From an uncultured delta proteobacterium (GTDB taxonomy: Bacteria > Desulfobacterota > Desulfobacteria > Desulfobacterales > Desulfatirhabdiaceae), in NCBI GenBank assembly GCA_963789395.1, contig CAWBKP010000014.1:96001-160000 (forward strand): a DNA stretch of 64,000 nt. Direction: 5' to 3'. The position numbers were made by a program, and so were the translations under genes. Below, in pieces: positions 1 to 11,166 of the stretch. The stretch's first letter is position 1. The number at the start of each line of letters is the position of its first letter. Below the pieces are notes generated by a model that did no database searches, was not told the DNA's origin, and was given only the letters and a program-made list of their open reading frames with translations.

Positions 1-48
1 GGAAAAGTTGCACCCGATAAGAAGCATTGCAGCCATGATGGCAATCAT
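1..48 (-). CDS. N-terminus of a probable lipoprotein running off the left edge
   Basis: Reverse strand reads MIAIMAAMLLIGCNFS, a hydrophobic stretch with lipobox LIGC. The true start could lie further upstream in the same open frame. Confidence 0.45.
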   Translation of the reverse strand, partial: MIAIMAAMLLIGCNFS

Positions 49-148
49 ATGCTTTATCAGTAAGTTGCCGGATGGCAGCTTCGACACAATTATCCGGAAC
101 CGCTTTGGCCTGGTTGATGGGTCCAAAAATATCAGCAATTTCAAATAA

Positions 149-493
149 CTAACCCTGATAGCGTGGTGATGCGGTGATCTGCGGGGATGTTACATGAGGC
201 GGCGCACGCGCTTTTAATGGGATTGGAAATCCGGTGGAATATGCAAAAACTTTCTCGAATAAAGTGAGGGGGGATGTATCCTGGGATCGATCTAAATCGG
301 TGGCAGCGCTGGCCGGAAGAACCCATAAAGTGATTTGCGGGGTGGCATGCGTATGAATCGGACAGGTCTGAGCATAACATTCGCAGAAGGAATGGAAACT
401 TCCGGTATAGATGAAGAGGATGAGAAATCCCGTCAATATGAAGCTGATTGTTCTACGGATTATCAACTTAAACAATATCCTGCTCCATAACAC
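149..493 (-). CDS. Putative membrane-targeted leader peptide with Cys/His cluster and RAPP motif (DUF2946/CruR-like architecture)
   Basis: 114 aa: basic N-terminus, hydrophobic segment ISFILTGFLILFIY, then HSFCECYAQTCPIHTH, then RAPP (197..208). Confidence 0.5.
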   Translation of the reverse strand: MLWSRILFKLIIRRTISFILTGFLILFIYTGSFHSFCECYAQTCPIHTHATPQITLWVLPASAATDLDRSQDTSPLTLFEKVFAYSTGFPIPLKARAPPHVTSPQITASPRYQG

Positions 494-703
494 ACTGGAA
501 GCGTGCTTACATTGAAAGGGCTTAAGGGCGCCCCGATTTAATAACGATGCGTTTTACGTACCATAGCCTCTTTCGAATCGTCAATGAAATTTATTAAAGG
601 GGAATATCGGGGAAAAGTCGTTGCGCTGGATTGAATTGGAGCAATGCTCGAAACACACCCATCAACGTGCTGACAACCGTGTATCAAACTGGCAGCGCTG
701 TCG

Positions 704-752
704 ATTTGACATTGGAATTTTGAATTTGTTTCGGATTTCGATATTCGAATTT
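704..752 (-). repeat. AT-rich dispersed repeat, copy A
   Basis: Reverse complement aaattcgaatatcgaaatccgaaacaaattcaaaattccaatgtcaaat aligns closely with 51325..51374. Confidence 0.7.
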
Positions 753-767
753 ATCCCCACCAATCTT

Positions 768-1358
768 TCACTTAAGGCAGGCCATCAATCCCAGAGTCAG
801 AAAATACCGATGGAACCGGTCGTCGCCGGTCAGCTCGGGATGAAACGACGTCGCTAAAAGATTGCGCTGGCGGGCCGCAACGATACGGCCGTCCGGAAGC
901 CGGGCCAGCACCTCTACATCCGCGCCCACGCTTTCGATGAGCGGTGCGCGGATAAAGACCGCATGAACCCTTCGATTGTCTTCCGCCGTGACGATCTCCG
1001 GAACTTCAAGATCGGTCTCGAAACTCTCCGCCTGACGGCCAAAGGCGTTTCGTCTGACGGAAATATCCATCAACCCCAGCATGGGTTGTGAATGTCGGAA
1101 ATCTTTGGCAAGGAAAATAGCACCTGCACAGGTTCCCCATACAGGCTTGGTTGAAGCCAGTTGGCGAATCGGCTCCATCAGGCCGAAGCGAACGGATAGC
1201 TTGCCGATGGTCGTTGACTCGCCGCCGGGAATAATGAGGCCGTCAATATCCACCAGATCATGCGGCAGGCGGACTTCAACGGCTGTTACGCCGATCTGCT
1301 CAAGAATGTGGACATGCTCGGCAAAATCGCCCTGCAATGCAAGAACACCAATTTTCAT
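768..1358 (-). CDS. pdxT: Pyridoxal 5'-phosphate synthase glutaminase subunit
   Basis: Motifs GVLALQG, IPGGESTT, GTCAG, FIRAP and FHPE. Confidence 0.97.
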   Translation of the reverse strand: MKIGVLALQGDFAEHVHILEQIGVTAVEVRLPHDLVDIDGLIIPGGESTTIGKLSVRFGLMEPIRQLASTKPVWGTCAGAIFLAKDFRHSQPMLGLMDISVRRNAFGRQAESFETDLEVPEIVTAEDNRRVHAVFIRAPLIESVGADVEVLARLPDGRIVAARQRNLLATSFHPELTGDDRFHRYFLTLGLMACLK

Positions 1359-1467
1359 AATAACCATTCATGAATGAACCCGGCATTCACTCCCAAACAT
1401 AAATCATCCCTTTTGGAACAGGGGAGACTCTATTTTTCACGATACAGCCAAACTGTTTGATATCACC

Positions 1468-2355
1468 TTACCATCCGCGCACGGCCAGAAGCTCATTTTC
1501 CGGCATGGAGCTGACGGAGCGGCCGACCATGGGTTCACCGAGATTGCGGCTGACTTCAGCAACAATCTTCGGATCGCGGAAATGGGTTGTGGCCTCGACA
1601 ATGGCCTTGGCACGGCGTTCAGGATTTCCGGATTTGAAGATGCCGGAGCCGACAAAGACGCCATCCACACCCAGCTGCATCATGAGCGCCGCATCCGCGG
1701 GCGTGGCGATGCCGCCTGCCGCAAAATTGACGACCGGTAAATGCCCCAGTTCCTTCGTCTCTTTGAGCAATTCATACGGCGCCCCGATTTCCTTGGCAAA
1801 GGACATGAGTTCCTCGCTTCCCATGGCAATGAGGCGCCGGATTTCACCGAACAGGGTGCGCGCATGGAACACGGCTTCCACAACATCGCCGGTGCCCGCC
1901 TCACCTTTGGTTCGGATCATGGCTGCGCCCTCTCCGATGCGCCGCAGCGCTTCGCCGAGATTGCGGCAACCGCAGACAAAGGGGATTTTGAAGGCATGTT
2001 TTTCAACATGGTGGTGCTGGTCCGCGGGCGTCAGGACTTCGGACTCGTCGATATAATCCACCCCGATGGCCTCCAGTATCTGGGCCTCGACAAAATGCCC
2101 GATGCGGCATTTGGCCATCACGGGAATGGTCACCGCCTCCATGATTTTGTAGATGATATCCGGGTCACTCATGCGCGCCACGCCGCCGTGCACGCGAATA
2201 TCTGCGGGAACCCGCTCCAGGGCCATTACGGCGCACGCCCCGGCCTGTTCAGCGATTTTGGCCTGATCGGCTGTAACCACATCCATAATCACGCCGCCCT
2301 TCAACATCTGCGCCAGACCCCGTTTTAAACCCATAGTGCCGACAGTTTGATCCAT
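1468..2355 (-). CDS. pdxS: Pyridoxal 5'-phosphate synthase lyase subunit
   Basis: [44 protein letters not shown] and C-terminal RGW. Confidence 0.98.
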   Translation of the reverse strand: MDQTVGTMGLKRGLAQMLKGGVIMDVVTADQAKIAEQAGACAVMALERVPADIRVHGGVARMSDPDIIYKIMEAVTIPVMAKCRIGHFVEAQILEAIGVDYIDESEVLTPADQHHHVEKHAFKIPFVCGCRNLGEALRRIGEGAAMIRTKGEAGTGDVVEAVFHARTLFGEIRRLIAMGSEELMSFAKEIGAPYELLKETKELGHLPVVNFAAGGIATPADAALMMQLGVDGVFVGSGIFKSGNPERRAKAIVEATTHFRDPKIVAEVSRNLGEPMVGRSVSSMPENELLAVRGW

Positions 2356-2478
2356 AACGCCTCCTTACTACTTTCAAATAAAAGTGTTCAAATATCGTTA
2401 CAGGCTATCCCCGGCCAAGGCCGTTTGCCCGCCGGGCGCGCCCCGATATTCACAATGGTGATTTTCTGTCATGAAGAT

Positions 2479-3258
2479 TTATTTCTTTAATGCGTGGCTG
2501 CCCAGCCGGACAAGCATGATCGCGGCAACCACAGCCAGAGAGATTCCAATGACCTGAGAGACTGAAAAAATATTAAAATAAGTCTGTCCCCGGAAATCAC
2601 CCCGGAAAATTTCGATAATGGGCCGGGTGATGCCGTAAAGCAGGACATATAACCAGAAGAGTTGGCCATGAAACCGGATTTTTTTTCGAAACAGCCAGAG
2701 TATGACAAATATCGAAAAATCGCTGAACACCGAATAGAGTTGGGTGGGATGCAGGGGAAGCCCCTGAGGCGCCAGGCTCTCGGGATGATTAAACGTGATG
2801 GCCCAGGGCAAATCACAGACCTTGCCGTAGCAGCACCCGGCAAAAAAACACCCGATCCGTCCGATGGCCTGTCCGGCAGCCAACCCCGGAGACATGATGT
2901 CCGTGGTCTGCCAGAACGGCATCGCCGTTTTCTTCATATAAATCATGGCCACGATCACGGCCATGATAAATCCCCCGTAAAAGACCAGGCCCCCGTTCCA
3001 GATGCGGAAAATCTCGACTGGATCGGAAAGAAATGTCCTCGGGTCCGTGAACACATAAAAGAGTCGTGCGCCGATAATCGCGGCAATCAGAATATAAAAA
3101 GACAGGTCCATGATTTTCTCGGAATCCTGCCCGACCCTGTCCGCTTCTTTTCGGGCAAGGGTGATTCCGGTAATAAACGCCAAGGCCATCATCAGGCCGT
3201 AGGTATATATGGCAAAGTTTCCAAACTTGACAAGTATCGGATGCATACGCTCCATCAT
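2479..3258 (-). CDS. lgt: Prolipoprotein diacylglyceryl transferase
   Basis: IGARLFYV, GGLVFYGG, GRIGCFFAGCCYG and HPTQLY; ATGA overlap with lspA. Confidence 0.96.
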   Translation of the reverse strand: MMERMHPILVKFGNFAIYTYGLMMALAFITGITLARKEADRVGQDSEKIMDLSFYILIAAIIGARLFYVFTDPRTFLSDPVEIFRIWNGGLVFYGGFIMAVIVAMIYMKKTAMPFWQTTDIMSPGLAAGQAIGRIGCFFAGCCYGKVCDLPWAITFNHPESLAPQGLPLHPTQLYSVFSDFSIFVILWLFRKKIRFHGQLFWLYVLLYGITRPIIEIFRGDFRGQTYFNIFSVSQVIGISLAVVAAIMLVRLGSHALKK

Positions 3259-3776
3259 TCCGGCAGGTTATTAAAAAGGAGGTGAGCCACCAGAATCGCC
3301 ATTCCAACGGAAATAGCACTGTCAGCCACATTAAACGCCGGCCAGTGGTAACCGCCCGCATAAAAATCCAGAAAGTCCACCACTTCCCCGAATCGATACC
3401 GGTCGATCATATTGCCGATGGCGCCGCCGAAAATCATCAGCAGGGCCGTGGACAGCCATGAATAGGCAGCCGGGGTTCTAAGATAAAAGAAAAGAATGAC
3501 AACGGCCGCCAGGGTGGACATCGCCAGAAACAGAAAGCTTCTGACCTCCGGCCCCTGGCTGGCCATAAACCCGAAGGCGCCGCCGGGATTGTGAATGTGG
3601 GTGATATTGAAAAAGCCGGGTATGACCGGAATTGTTTCATACAGCGGCATCGTTCGCAAAATGGCCATCTTGCTGAGCTGATCCAGCACAATCAGGGTTC
3701 CGGACACCATCAGCAGTTTTACCACCTTGCCAATGGCCATGGAACGGGAATAACCCGGCAGAATATTCAGGTTCAT
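3255..3776 (-). CDS. lspA: Signal peptidase II
   Basis: [28 protein letters not shown] and FNVADS; the start at 3776 overlaps the ileS stop (ATGA). Confidence 0.95.
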   Translation of the reverse strand: MNLNILPGYSRSMAIGKVVKLLMVSGTLIVLDQLSKMAILRTMPLYETIPVIPGFFNITHIHNPGGAFGFMASQGPEVRSFLFLAMSTLAAVVILFFYLRTPAAYSWLSTALLMIFGGAIGNMIDRYRFGEVVDFLDFYAGGYHWPAFNVADSAISVGMAILVAHLLFNNLPE

Positions 3777-6577
3777 GCGGGACCCGCAGCATCGATTGCA
3801 GCCAGACACCGGGGGCACAGGGTCGCATGTTCGGAGTGGGATCCAACACCGGTATCATAGACCCAGCAACGCTCGCATTTTGCCCCTTCCGCCGGTGACA
3901 CCTGAATGCTGAGACCGGCTATCTCCTGGCTGACATAGGCCGGAGAAAGGGTCTGGGAGGCCAACAGGGCAACTTGGGAAACGATAAACAACGGTCGCAG
4001 GTCTTCCTGATAGGAAAGAAGCAGGCGGTACAACGCATCTTCGGCTGAAATCACGACCCGCGCATCCAGGGGATGGCCGATCTGTTTTTGCGCCCTGGCT
4101 TCCTCAAGCGCCCGGGTGACTTCACTGCGGACCGCCAGAAGGCTCTGCCATTCCGCTGCAAGGCCAGGGTCAATCCACTCATGCTTGATGGCTGGATAGA
4201 GGGCAAGATGGATGCTGGCTTCTTTTTCGTGAACCGCCGGCATATGTCGCCAGATTTCTTCTGCGGTAAACGGCAGAATGGGGGCCATGAGACGGACCAG
4301 CGCATCCAGCACCGCGTACATCACGGTCTGGGCGCTTCTTCGCTCCGGTGATGCGGCTGGCGACGTGTAGAGCCGGTCTTTCAGGACATCCAGATAAAAG
4401 GCGGAAAGATCCACGGTACAGAAATTATACAGGGCATGGTGGACGATATGAAAATCATAGGTCGCATAGGCCTTCTGGGTCTTGTCCACCAGCTTTTGAA
4501 GGCGGTGCAGGACGTAGCGGTCCATGCGCGTCATGGCCTCAAAAGGTGCCGCATTGCTCTCCGGATCAAAGTCATGAAGGTTCCCCAGCATGAACCGGCA
4601 GGTGTTTCGGATCCTGCGGTAGGCATCGCTGAGCTGATTCAGGATATTATCTGAAATCCGGATATCGTCCCGGTAATCGGAAGCCGATACCCAGAGCCGG
4701 AGAATCTCTGCGCCATATTTATCCACGACTTTTTTGGGGGCAATGACATTGCCGATGGATTTGGACATTTTTTTACCGCTGGCATCCACAACAAATCCGT
4801 GGGTCAGCACCGCCTGATACGGCGCCCGCCCCCGGGTCCCGACTGCGGTCAGCAGGGCGCTGTGGAACCAGCCGCGATGCTGGTCGCTGCCTTCCAGATA
4901 CAAATCCGCCGGCCATCTCAGATACGGTCGATGTTCCAGAACCGCCGCATGGCTGACTCCGGAATCAAACCAGACATCCAGAATATCGGTTTCCTTGGTG
5001 AATGTGGCATTTCCGCAGGCCTTGCAAACCGAACCTTCGGGAAGCAGCTCTGCAACGGTTTTCTCAAACCAGACATCAGCGCCATGTGCCTGGAACAGAT
5101 TGAAAATATGCGCCATGATTTCCGGGCTGATCAGAATCTGATCGCAGCTCTCACAGCAGAACACGGCAATGGGAACGCCCCACGCCCGCTGACGGGAGAC
5201 GCACCAGTCCGGACGGTTTTCAATCATGCCGTAAATGCGGTCCCGGCCCCAGCCGGGGATCCATTTCACCCGGTCGATTTCTTCCAGGGCCTGTTTTCTG
5301 AGCCCGGTTTTGTCCATGGAAATAAACCACTGGGGCGTTGCACGGAAAATGACGGGTTTCTTACATCGCCAGCAGTGCGGATAAGAATGCTGCAGCGTTT
5401 CCTGCGCCACCAGACTGTCTGTTTCCCGCAGTTTTTCAATAATCGGGGTATTGGCTTTGAACACGAACTGGCCGGAAAAAAAGTCCACTTCCGGGGTAAA
5501 ACACCCGTGGTCATTGACAGGGGAATAAGTCTCCAGCCCATACTGCATGCCGACCTCATAGTCCTCGCGACCATGACCTGGCGCCGTATGCACACACCCG
5601 GTACCGGCTTCAAGGGTCACATGATTGCCCAGAATCACCAGCGATTCCCGCTCATAAAACGGGTGACGGCATTTCAGGTTTTCCAGTTTGCTGGAAGCAA
5701 TTTCAGCAAGGATCGTATAATTTGAAATGCCGAAGGTTTTCATGCAGGATTCAACCATGTCCCGGGCCAGTATGAACACTTTTTTGTCCGAAACCTTGAC
5801 AGCAGCGTAAACAAAATCCGGATGCAGGGCAATGGCCAGGTTCGCGGGAAGGGTCCAGGGGGTTGTGGTCCAGATGACAATATAGCAGGTGTCACCGGAA
5901 AGACCCGGCACGTCACGGCTCAACTCCCCCAGAAGCTCAAATTTTACATAGACGGATGGCGAAGATTCATCGTGATATTCAATTTCAGCCTCTGCCAGGG
6001 CTGTCTGGCACTGGCAGCACCAGTGAATGGGCTTTTTGCTGCGGATGAGGTTGTCGGCCAGTGCGAATTTCAGGCATTCGGTGGCAATGATCGCCTCGTA
6101 GGTATAGTTCATGGTCAGATAGGGATCATCCCATTCACCCATGACACCCAGGCGTTTGAATTCTTCCCGTTGAATATCAATGAATTTTTCGGCATACACC
6201 CGGCACTGCCGGCGGATATCGGCCTGGGACATGTCTTTTTTCCTGTCTCCAAGCTCCTTGTCCACATTGTGCTCTATGGGAAGACCGTGGCAGTCCCAAC
6301 CCGGAACATAGGCCGCATCGAAGCCCGCCATCTGGCGGGATCTGACGACGATATCCTTCAGGATTTTATTCAGCGCAGTACCGATATGAATATGGCCGTT
6401 GGCATACGGCGGTCCGTCGTGAAGAATAAACGGCTCCCGGCCCTTGGATGCCTTGCGGATCGTTTCATAGAGGCGGGCCTCGTCCCATTGTTTGATCTGC
6501 TCGGGCTCGCGTTGGGCCAGGCTGGCTTTCATCGGAAAGTCGGTTGCCGGCAGATTCAGGGTTTTTTTGTAATCCAT
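3773..6577 (-). CDS. ileS: Isoleucine--tRNA ligase (type 1)
   Basis: [35 protein letters not shown] and C-terminal CERC..CPRC zinc finger. Confidence 0.98.
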   Translation of the reverse strand: MDYKKTLNLPATDFPMKASLAQREPEQIKQWDEARLYETIRKASKGREPFILHDGPPYANGHIHIGTALNKILKDIVVRSRQMAGFDAAYVPGWDCHGLPIEHNVDKELGDRKKDMSQADIRRQCRVYAEKFIDIQREEFKRLGVMGEWDDPYLTMNYTYEAIIATECLKFALADNLIRSKKPIHWCCQCQTALAEAEIEYHDESSPSVYVKFELLGELSRDVPGLSGDTCYIVIWTTTPWTLPANLAIALHPDFVYAAVKVSDKKVFILARDMVESCMKTFGISNYTILAEIASSKLENLKCRHPFYERESLVILGNHVTLEAGTGCVHTAPGHGREDYEVGMQYGLETYSPVNDHGCFTPEVDFFSGQFVFKANTPIIEKLRETDSLVAQETLQHSYPHCWRCKKPVIFRATPQWFISMDKTGLRKQALEEIDRVKWIPGWGRDRIYGMIENRPDWCVSRQRAWGVPIAVFCCESCDQILISPEIMAHIFNLFQAHGADVWFEKTVAELLPEGSVCKACGNATFTKETDILDVWFDSGVSHAAVLEHRPYLRWPADLYLEGSDQHRGWFHSALLTAVGTRGRAPYQAVLTHGFVVDASGKKMSKSIGNVIAPKKVVDKYGAEILRLWVSASDYRDDIRISDNILNQLSDAYRRIRNTCRFMLGNLHDFDPESNAAPFEAMTRMDRYVLHRLQKLVDKTQKAYATYDFHIVHHALYNFCTVDLSAFYLDVLKDRLYTSPAASPERRSAQTVMYAVLDALVRLMAPILPFTAEEIWRHMPAVHEKEASIHLALYPAIKHEWIDPGLAAEWQSLLAVRSEVTRALEEARAQKQIGHPLDARVVISAEDALYRLLLSYQEDLRPLFIVSQVALLASQTLSPAYVSQEIAGLSIQVSPAEGAKCERCWVYDTGVGSHSEHATLCPRCLAAIDAAGPA

Positions 6578-6617
6578 TCAGTCCTCCAACGTCAGATAAT
6601 TGATATTTAACTCAAAA

Positions 6618-6646
6618 ATTTTAGTCGCAAAACCGTGTTGTGTCAA
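6618..6646 (-). promoter_or_regulatory. sigma70-type promoter of the ileS operon
   Basis: TTGACA-N17-TAAAAT on the minus strand. Confidence 0.65.
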
Positions 6647-6836
6647 GGAAATACATGCCGGTTGTTCGCATTCGATGAGCGGCGATCTGCTATTGTTTCA
6701 CAAGGCGTCCCAGCCTTATTATTTTGACAACAGGCTCCATGAAATGATAAGATTTAATATTTTATATCATCTTGGCATTTTGTAACCATTTGTTTTTTTT
6801 TGCCCTCTTACCCATCTTGCGTGGAGAACATCACAC

Positions 6837-9296
6837 ATGGATACCAATACCCTGGAGCCTCTGGGAAACGACCCGCACAGCCTGAGGGACGCCTTGCTCA
6901 GACATCTGAAATATTCCCTGGGTAAGGAATTTCGCAGCAAAACCACCCGCGACATCTATCTTGCCCTGACCCTGTCCCTGCGAGACCGGCTGCTGGAAAA
7001 GCTTCTGGAAACCGAGGCCCGGTTTCAGGCGGCGGATGCCAAGCGGCTGTATTATTTATCCATGGAATTTCTGATCGGCAGGTCTCTGGGAAGCAATTTA
7101 ACCAATCTGGACCTATTCGAAGCCTGCCGCACGGCATTGACGGATCTGGGCGTTGACCTGGAAGAGGTCCGGGAACAGGAAACCGATGCGGCGCTCGGAA
7201 ACGGCGGCCTGGGACGATTGGCGGCCTGCTTTCTGGATTCTCTGGCAACCTTGGATTATCCGGGGTTTGGTTACGGCATTCATTATGAATACGGGTTGTT
7301 CCGGCAGGAAATCAACAACGGATACCAGAAGGAAAAGCCCGATCACTGGCTTACCAAGGCCGGGCCTTTTCAAATCGAGCGGGAAGAGGAGTCCTGCATT
7401 ATTCCGATTTATGGCCACATCGAGCATGTCCTGGATTTAAACGGAAATTACAACCCCATGTGGATGGACTGGCGGGTGATTATCGGTGTTCCGCACGACA
7501 TTCCGATTGTGGGTTTCGGCGCAAAGACTGTCAACTATTTAAGGCTGTATGCCGCAACGCCCTCTTCTGATTTCGATATTCAGATTTTCAACGCCGGCGA
7601 CTATTTCAGGGCCGTTGAACAGAAAATCAAATCCGAAACCGTCTCCAAAATTCTTTATCCCAGCGACACGTTTGATACGGGAAAAGAGCTGCGGCTGGTG
7701 CAGGAGTATTTTCTGGTCGCCTGCTCGCTTCGGGACATTATCCGCAGATACCTCAACACCCATCAGGGGTTCGACGATTTTCCGGATAAAGTCAATATTC
7801 AGATGAACGATACCCATCCTGCGCTTGCGGTTGCCGAACTCATGCGGATTCTTGTAGACGAACATTCTCTTGAATGGCAGACTGCCTGGCGCATCACCCA
7901 GAAAACCCTGGCCTATACCAATCACACCCTGCTGTCCGAAGCCCTTGAAAAATGGCCTGTCGGACTTCTGGAACACGTTCTGCCCAGGCATCTTCAGATC
8001 ATTTACGAAATCAACCACCGGTTTCTGGACGAAATCGCCGCACTGTGGCCCGAAGATACGGACCGGCTGCGCCGCATGTCCCTGATTGAAGAAGGCGCGG
8101 AAAAACAGGTGCGCATGGCGCATCTGGCCATTGTCGGATCGCATTCCGTCAACGGCGTGTCCGCCCTGCATACCGAGCTGATCAAAACATCCCTGGTTCC
8201 GGATTTTTTTGCCAGATGGCCGGAGCGGTTCAACAACAAAACCAACGGCATTACCCAGCGCAGGTGGCTTCTGAAAGCCAATCCGCTTCTGGCCGATTTG
8301 TTAAGCCAGACAGTCGGCAGCGAATGGGTCACGAATTTATCCCACCTGAAGCGCCTGGAGCCCTTTGCGGATGACCCGGCGTTTCAGGACCGGTTTCGAA
8401 AAATCAAACTGGCCAACAAGAAGCACCTGGCAAAAATCATTTATCAGACCACGCGCGTGAAAATCAATCCCGATTCCCGGTTCGATATTCACGCCAAAAG
8501 AATTCACGAATATAAGCGCCAGCTTCTGAATGTCATGCACATCATGCATGAATACTTTTGCATTGTCGAAGACGGCATTGAGCCGGCCGTGCCAAAGACC
8601 TATATTTTCGCGGGAAAGGCGGCTCCCGGTTACTGGGCCGCCAAACAGATCATCAAGCTGATCCATAATGTCGGGAACGTCATCCATAAGGACCGGCGGG
8701 TCAAGGACAGACTGAAGGTGGTCTTTATTCCGGACTACCGGGTATCACTTGCCGAAAAAATCATTCCCGCGGCGGAAGTGAGCGAGCAGATTTCCACTGC
8801 CGGCACGGAAGCCTCGGGCACGGGCAACATGAAGTTCGCGTTGAACGGCGCACTCACCATCGGAACCCTGGACGGGGCCAATGTGGAAATGCTGGAAGAA
8901 GTGGGAGAAGACAATATCTATATTTTCGGACTTAAAACCGGCGAGGTTCAGGAAATGAAGCAAACCGGCACCTACCGTCCCCTGAATTTTTATCACGAAC
9001 AGGACAGCATTCGCCGGGTGATGGACGCTTTCTGGGATAACCGGTTCTGTCCGCAGGAACCCGGACTTTTCCGCTGGCTTTACCACCATATCCTTGAAAA
9101 AGGAGATCCTTACTTTCATCTGGCGGATTTTCTGTCCTATTCCCGGATTCACGAAACCGCTGATGCGGATTATTTGCAGATTCCGGTATGGAACCGGAAA
9201 GCCATTCTCAATGTCGCCCGCATGGGAAAATTTTCCAGCGACCGGACCATCTCCGAATACGCCCGGCAGATATGGGATTTGGCGCCGGTACATTAA
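6837..9296 (+). CDS. glgP: Glycogen/starch phosphorylase
   Basis: YLSMEFLIGR, LGNGGLGRLAACF, NDTHP, KRIHEYKRQ and EASGTGNMKF. Confidence 0.97.
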   Translation: MDTNTLEPLGNDPHSLRDALLRHLKYSLGKEFRSKTTRDIYLALTLSLRDRLLEKLLETEARFQAADAKRLYYLSMEFLIGRSLGSNLTNLDLFEACRTALTDLGVDLEEVREQETDAALGNGGLGRLAACFLDSLATLDYPGFGYGIHYEYGLFRQEINNGYQKEKPDHWLTKAGPFQIEREEESCIIPIYGHIEHVLDLNGNYNPMWMDWRVIIGVPHDIPIVGFGAKTVNYLRLYAATPSSDFDIQIFNAGDYFRAVEQKIKSETVSKILYPSDTFDTGKELRLVQEYFLVACSLRDIIRRYLNTHQGFDDFPDKVNIQMNDTHPALAVAELMRILVDEHSLEWQTAWRITQKTLAYTNHTLLSEALEKWPVGLLEHVLPRHLQIIYEINHRFLDEIAALWPEDTDRLRRMSLIEEGAEKQVRMAHLAIVGSHSVNGVSALHTELIKTSLVPDFFARWPERFNNKTNGITQRRWLLKANPLLADLLSQTVGSEWVTNLSHLKRLEPFADDPAFQDRFRKIKLANKKHLAKIIYQTTRVKINPDSRFDIHAKRIHEYKRQLLNVMHIMHEYFCIVEDGIEPAVPKTYIFAGKAAPGYWAAKQIIKLIHNVGNVIHKDRRVKDRLKVVFIPDYRVSLAEKIIPAAEVSEQISTAGTEASGTGNMKFALNGALTIGTLDGANVEMLEEVGEDNIYIFGLKTGEVQEMKQTGTYRPLNFYHEQDSIRRVMDAFWDNRFCPQEPGLFRWLYHHILEKGDPYFHLADFLSYSRIHETADADYLQIPVWNRKAILNVARMGKFSSDRTISEYARQIWDLAPVH

Positions 9297-9326
9297 CAGA
9301 CAACGCTATCAGTTCTGGAGGAATAT

Positions 9327-9680
9327 ATGCAGTTCGAAGCCGAAAAAATCGACGGCATTCTGATGTTGACACCTTGTGATACGATTATTGACGCATCCTC
9401 GGCAGCCGATTTCAAGGGCCAGCTCGTCACGTGGATACAGGAAGGCAATCCCCGCATTCTGCTGGATTTATCCAACATCGAGTTTATAGACAGCAGCGGA
9501 CTGGGGGCCATCATCTCCCTGTTAAAGCTGCTGGCTGGAAAAGGAGACATCAGCCTGTGCGGCATTCGCGATCAGGTGATGTCTCTGTTCAAGCTTACCC
9601 GAATGGACCGGATATTCCGGATTTATCCGTCTGCTGCCGAGGCGCTGGATGGCATGAGGTCGGCTGCTCCCGAGTCCTGA
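9327..9680 (+). CDS. STAS-domain anti-sigma factor antagonist
   Basis: LLDLSNIEFIDSSGLG signature; GGAGG RBS. Confidence 0.9.
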   Translation: MQFEAEKIDGILMLTPCDTIIDASSAADFKGQLVTWIQEGNPRILLDLSNIEFIDSSGLGAIISLLKLLAGKGDISLCGIRDQVMSLFKLTRMDRIFRIYPSAAEALDGMRSAAPES

Positions 9681-9707
9681 CCATTTATCTGTGAACTGTC
9701 TGAAAGG

Positions 9708-11166
9708 ATGATTGCTGTTATGGAATTTGAACCGGTTATCGGGCTTGAAGTGCATGCCCAGCTGAAAACCAGATCTAAAATCTTCTGCGGATGTTCAACC
9801 GAATTCGGCGCGGAACCCAATACACACGTCTGCCCGGTCTGCCTGGGAATGCCCGGCGTATTGCCCGTATTAAACAGGAAGGTGGTTGAATTCGCACTTC
9901 GAATGGCCATTGCAACGCACTGCCGGATTTCGCCGGAAAGCCGTTTCGCCCGAAAAAACTATTTTTATCCGGATCTTCCCAAAGGGTATCAGATTTCCCA
10001 GTACGAACTGCCGATCGCACTCGGCGGGTATATTGATATTGAAATGAGTGAACACAACAAGCGCGTCGGCATCACCCGGATACATATGGAAGAAGACGCG
10101 GGAAAACTCCTGCATGACCCGGATCAATCCTTCAGCCGGGTGGATTTGAACCGCACCGGCGTTCCGTTGATTGAAATCGTCAGTGAACCCGATATGCGGT
10201 CTCCGGAAGAAGCCGGGGCCTATCTGCGCAAGCTGCGATCCATTCTTCGCTATCTGGATATCTGTGACGGCAACATGGAGGAAGGCAGCTTTCGCTGCGA
10301 CGCCAATGTTTCGATCCGGCCTGCTGGAACAGAACCGTTTGGTACGCGCACCGAGCTGAAAAACCTCAATTCCTTCAAGCATGTGGAAAAAGCCATTGCT
10401 TATGAAATCAACCGGCAGAAAGATGTTATACTGGACGGGGGGCAGATATTCCAGGAAACCCTTCTCTGGAATCCGGACATGGGCCGGACAACGTCCATGC
10501 GCAGCAAGGAAGAGGCCCACGACTACCGCTATTTTCCCGATCCCGACCTCTTGCCGCTGACGGTTGACGACATCTGGATTCAGCAGATCACACAGAGTCT
10601 GCCGGAGCTTCCGGATGCCAAACGCGATCGGTTCTCAACGGACTATGGACTGCCTGCCTACGATGCCGACGTGTTGACCTCCAGCCGCGAACTGGCGGAT
10701 TATTTTGAATCCTGTCTTGAAAATTACACAAATCCCAAGCAGGTAAGCAACTGGATCATGGGATCGCTGCTGGCGCTGTTAAACGCCGAAGGCAAGGATA
10801 TTCAGCAGTCTCCGGTTTCTCCGCAGGCGCTTGCCGCGCTGTTGAAGCTGATCGATACCAATGTCATCAGCGGTAAAATCGCCAAGACCGTTTTTGATGA
10901 AATGGCCCGGACAGGCTTGCCGCCGGAAACCATTGTTCAGGAAAAAGGGCTTGTTCAGGTCACCGATTCCGCCCAAATCGAGCAGATCGTTCAGAAAGTC
11001 CTTGCCGCAAACCCCAAGGAAGTATCGGATTATCACAGCGGCAAGGAAAAGGTATTTGGTTTTTTTGTCGGCCAGGTCATGCGCGAAACAAAAGGGAAAG
11101 GCCAATCCCCAGCGCGTCAATGAGATCCTGAAAATTCGGCTTGGCACGGGTCCTGAAGTGATATGA
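9708..11166 (+). CDS. gatB: Asp/Glu-tRNA amidotransferase subunit B, frameshifted near 11090-11100
   Basis: [27 protein letters not shown] and [10 protein letters not shown]. The expected tail [14 protein letters not shown] lies in another frame that ends at 11166. Confidence 0.95.
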
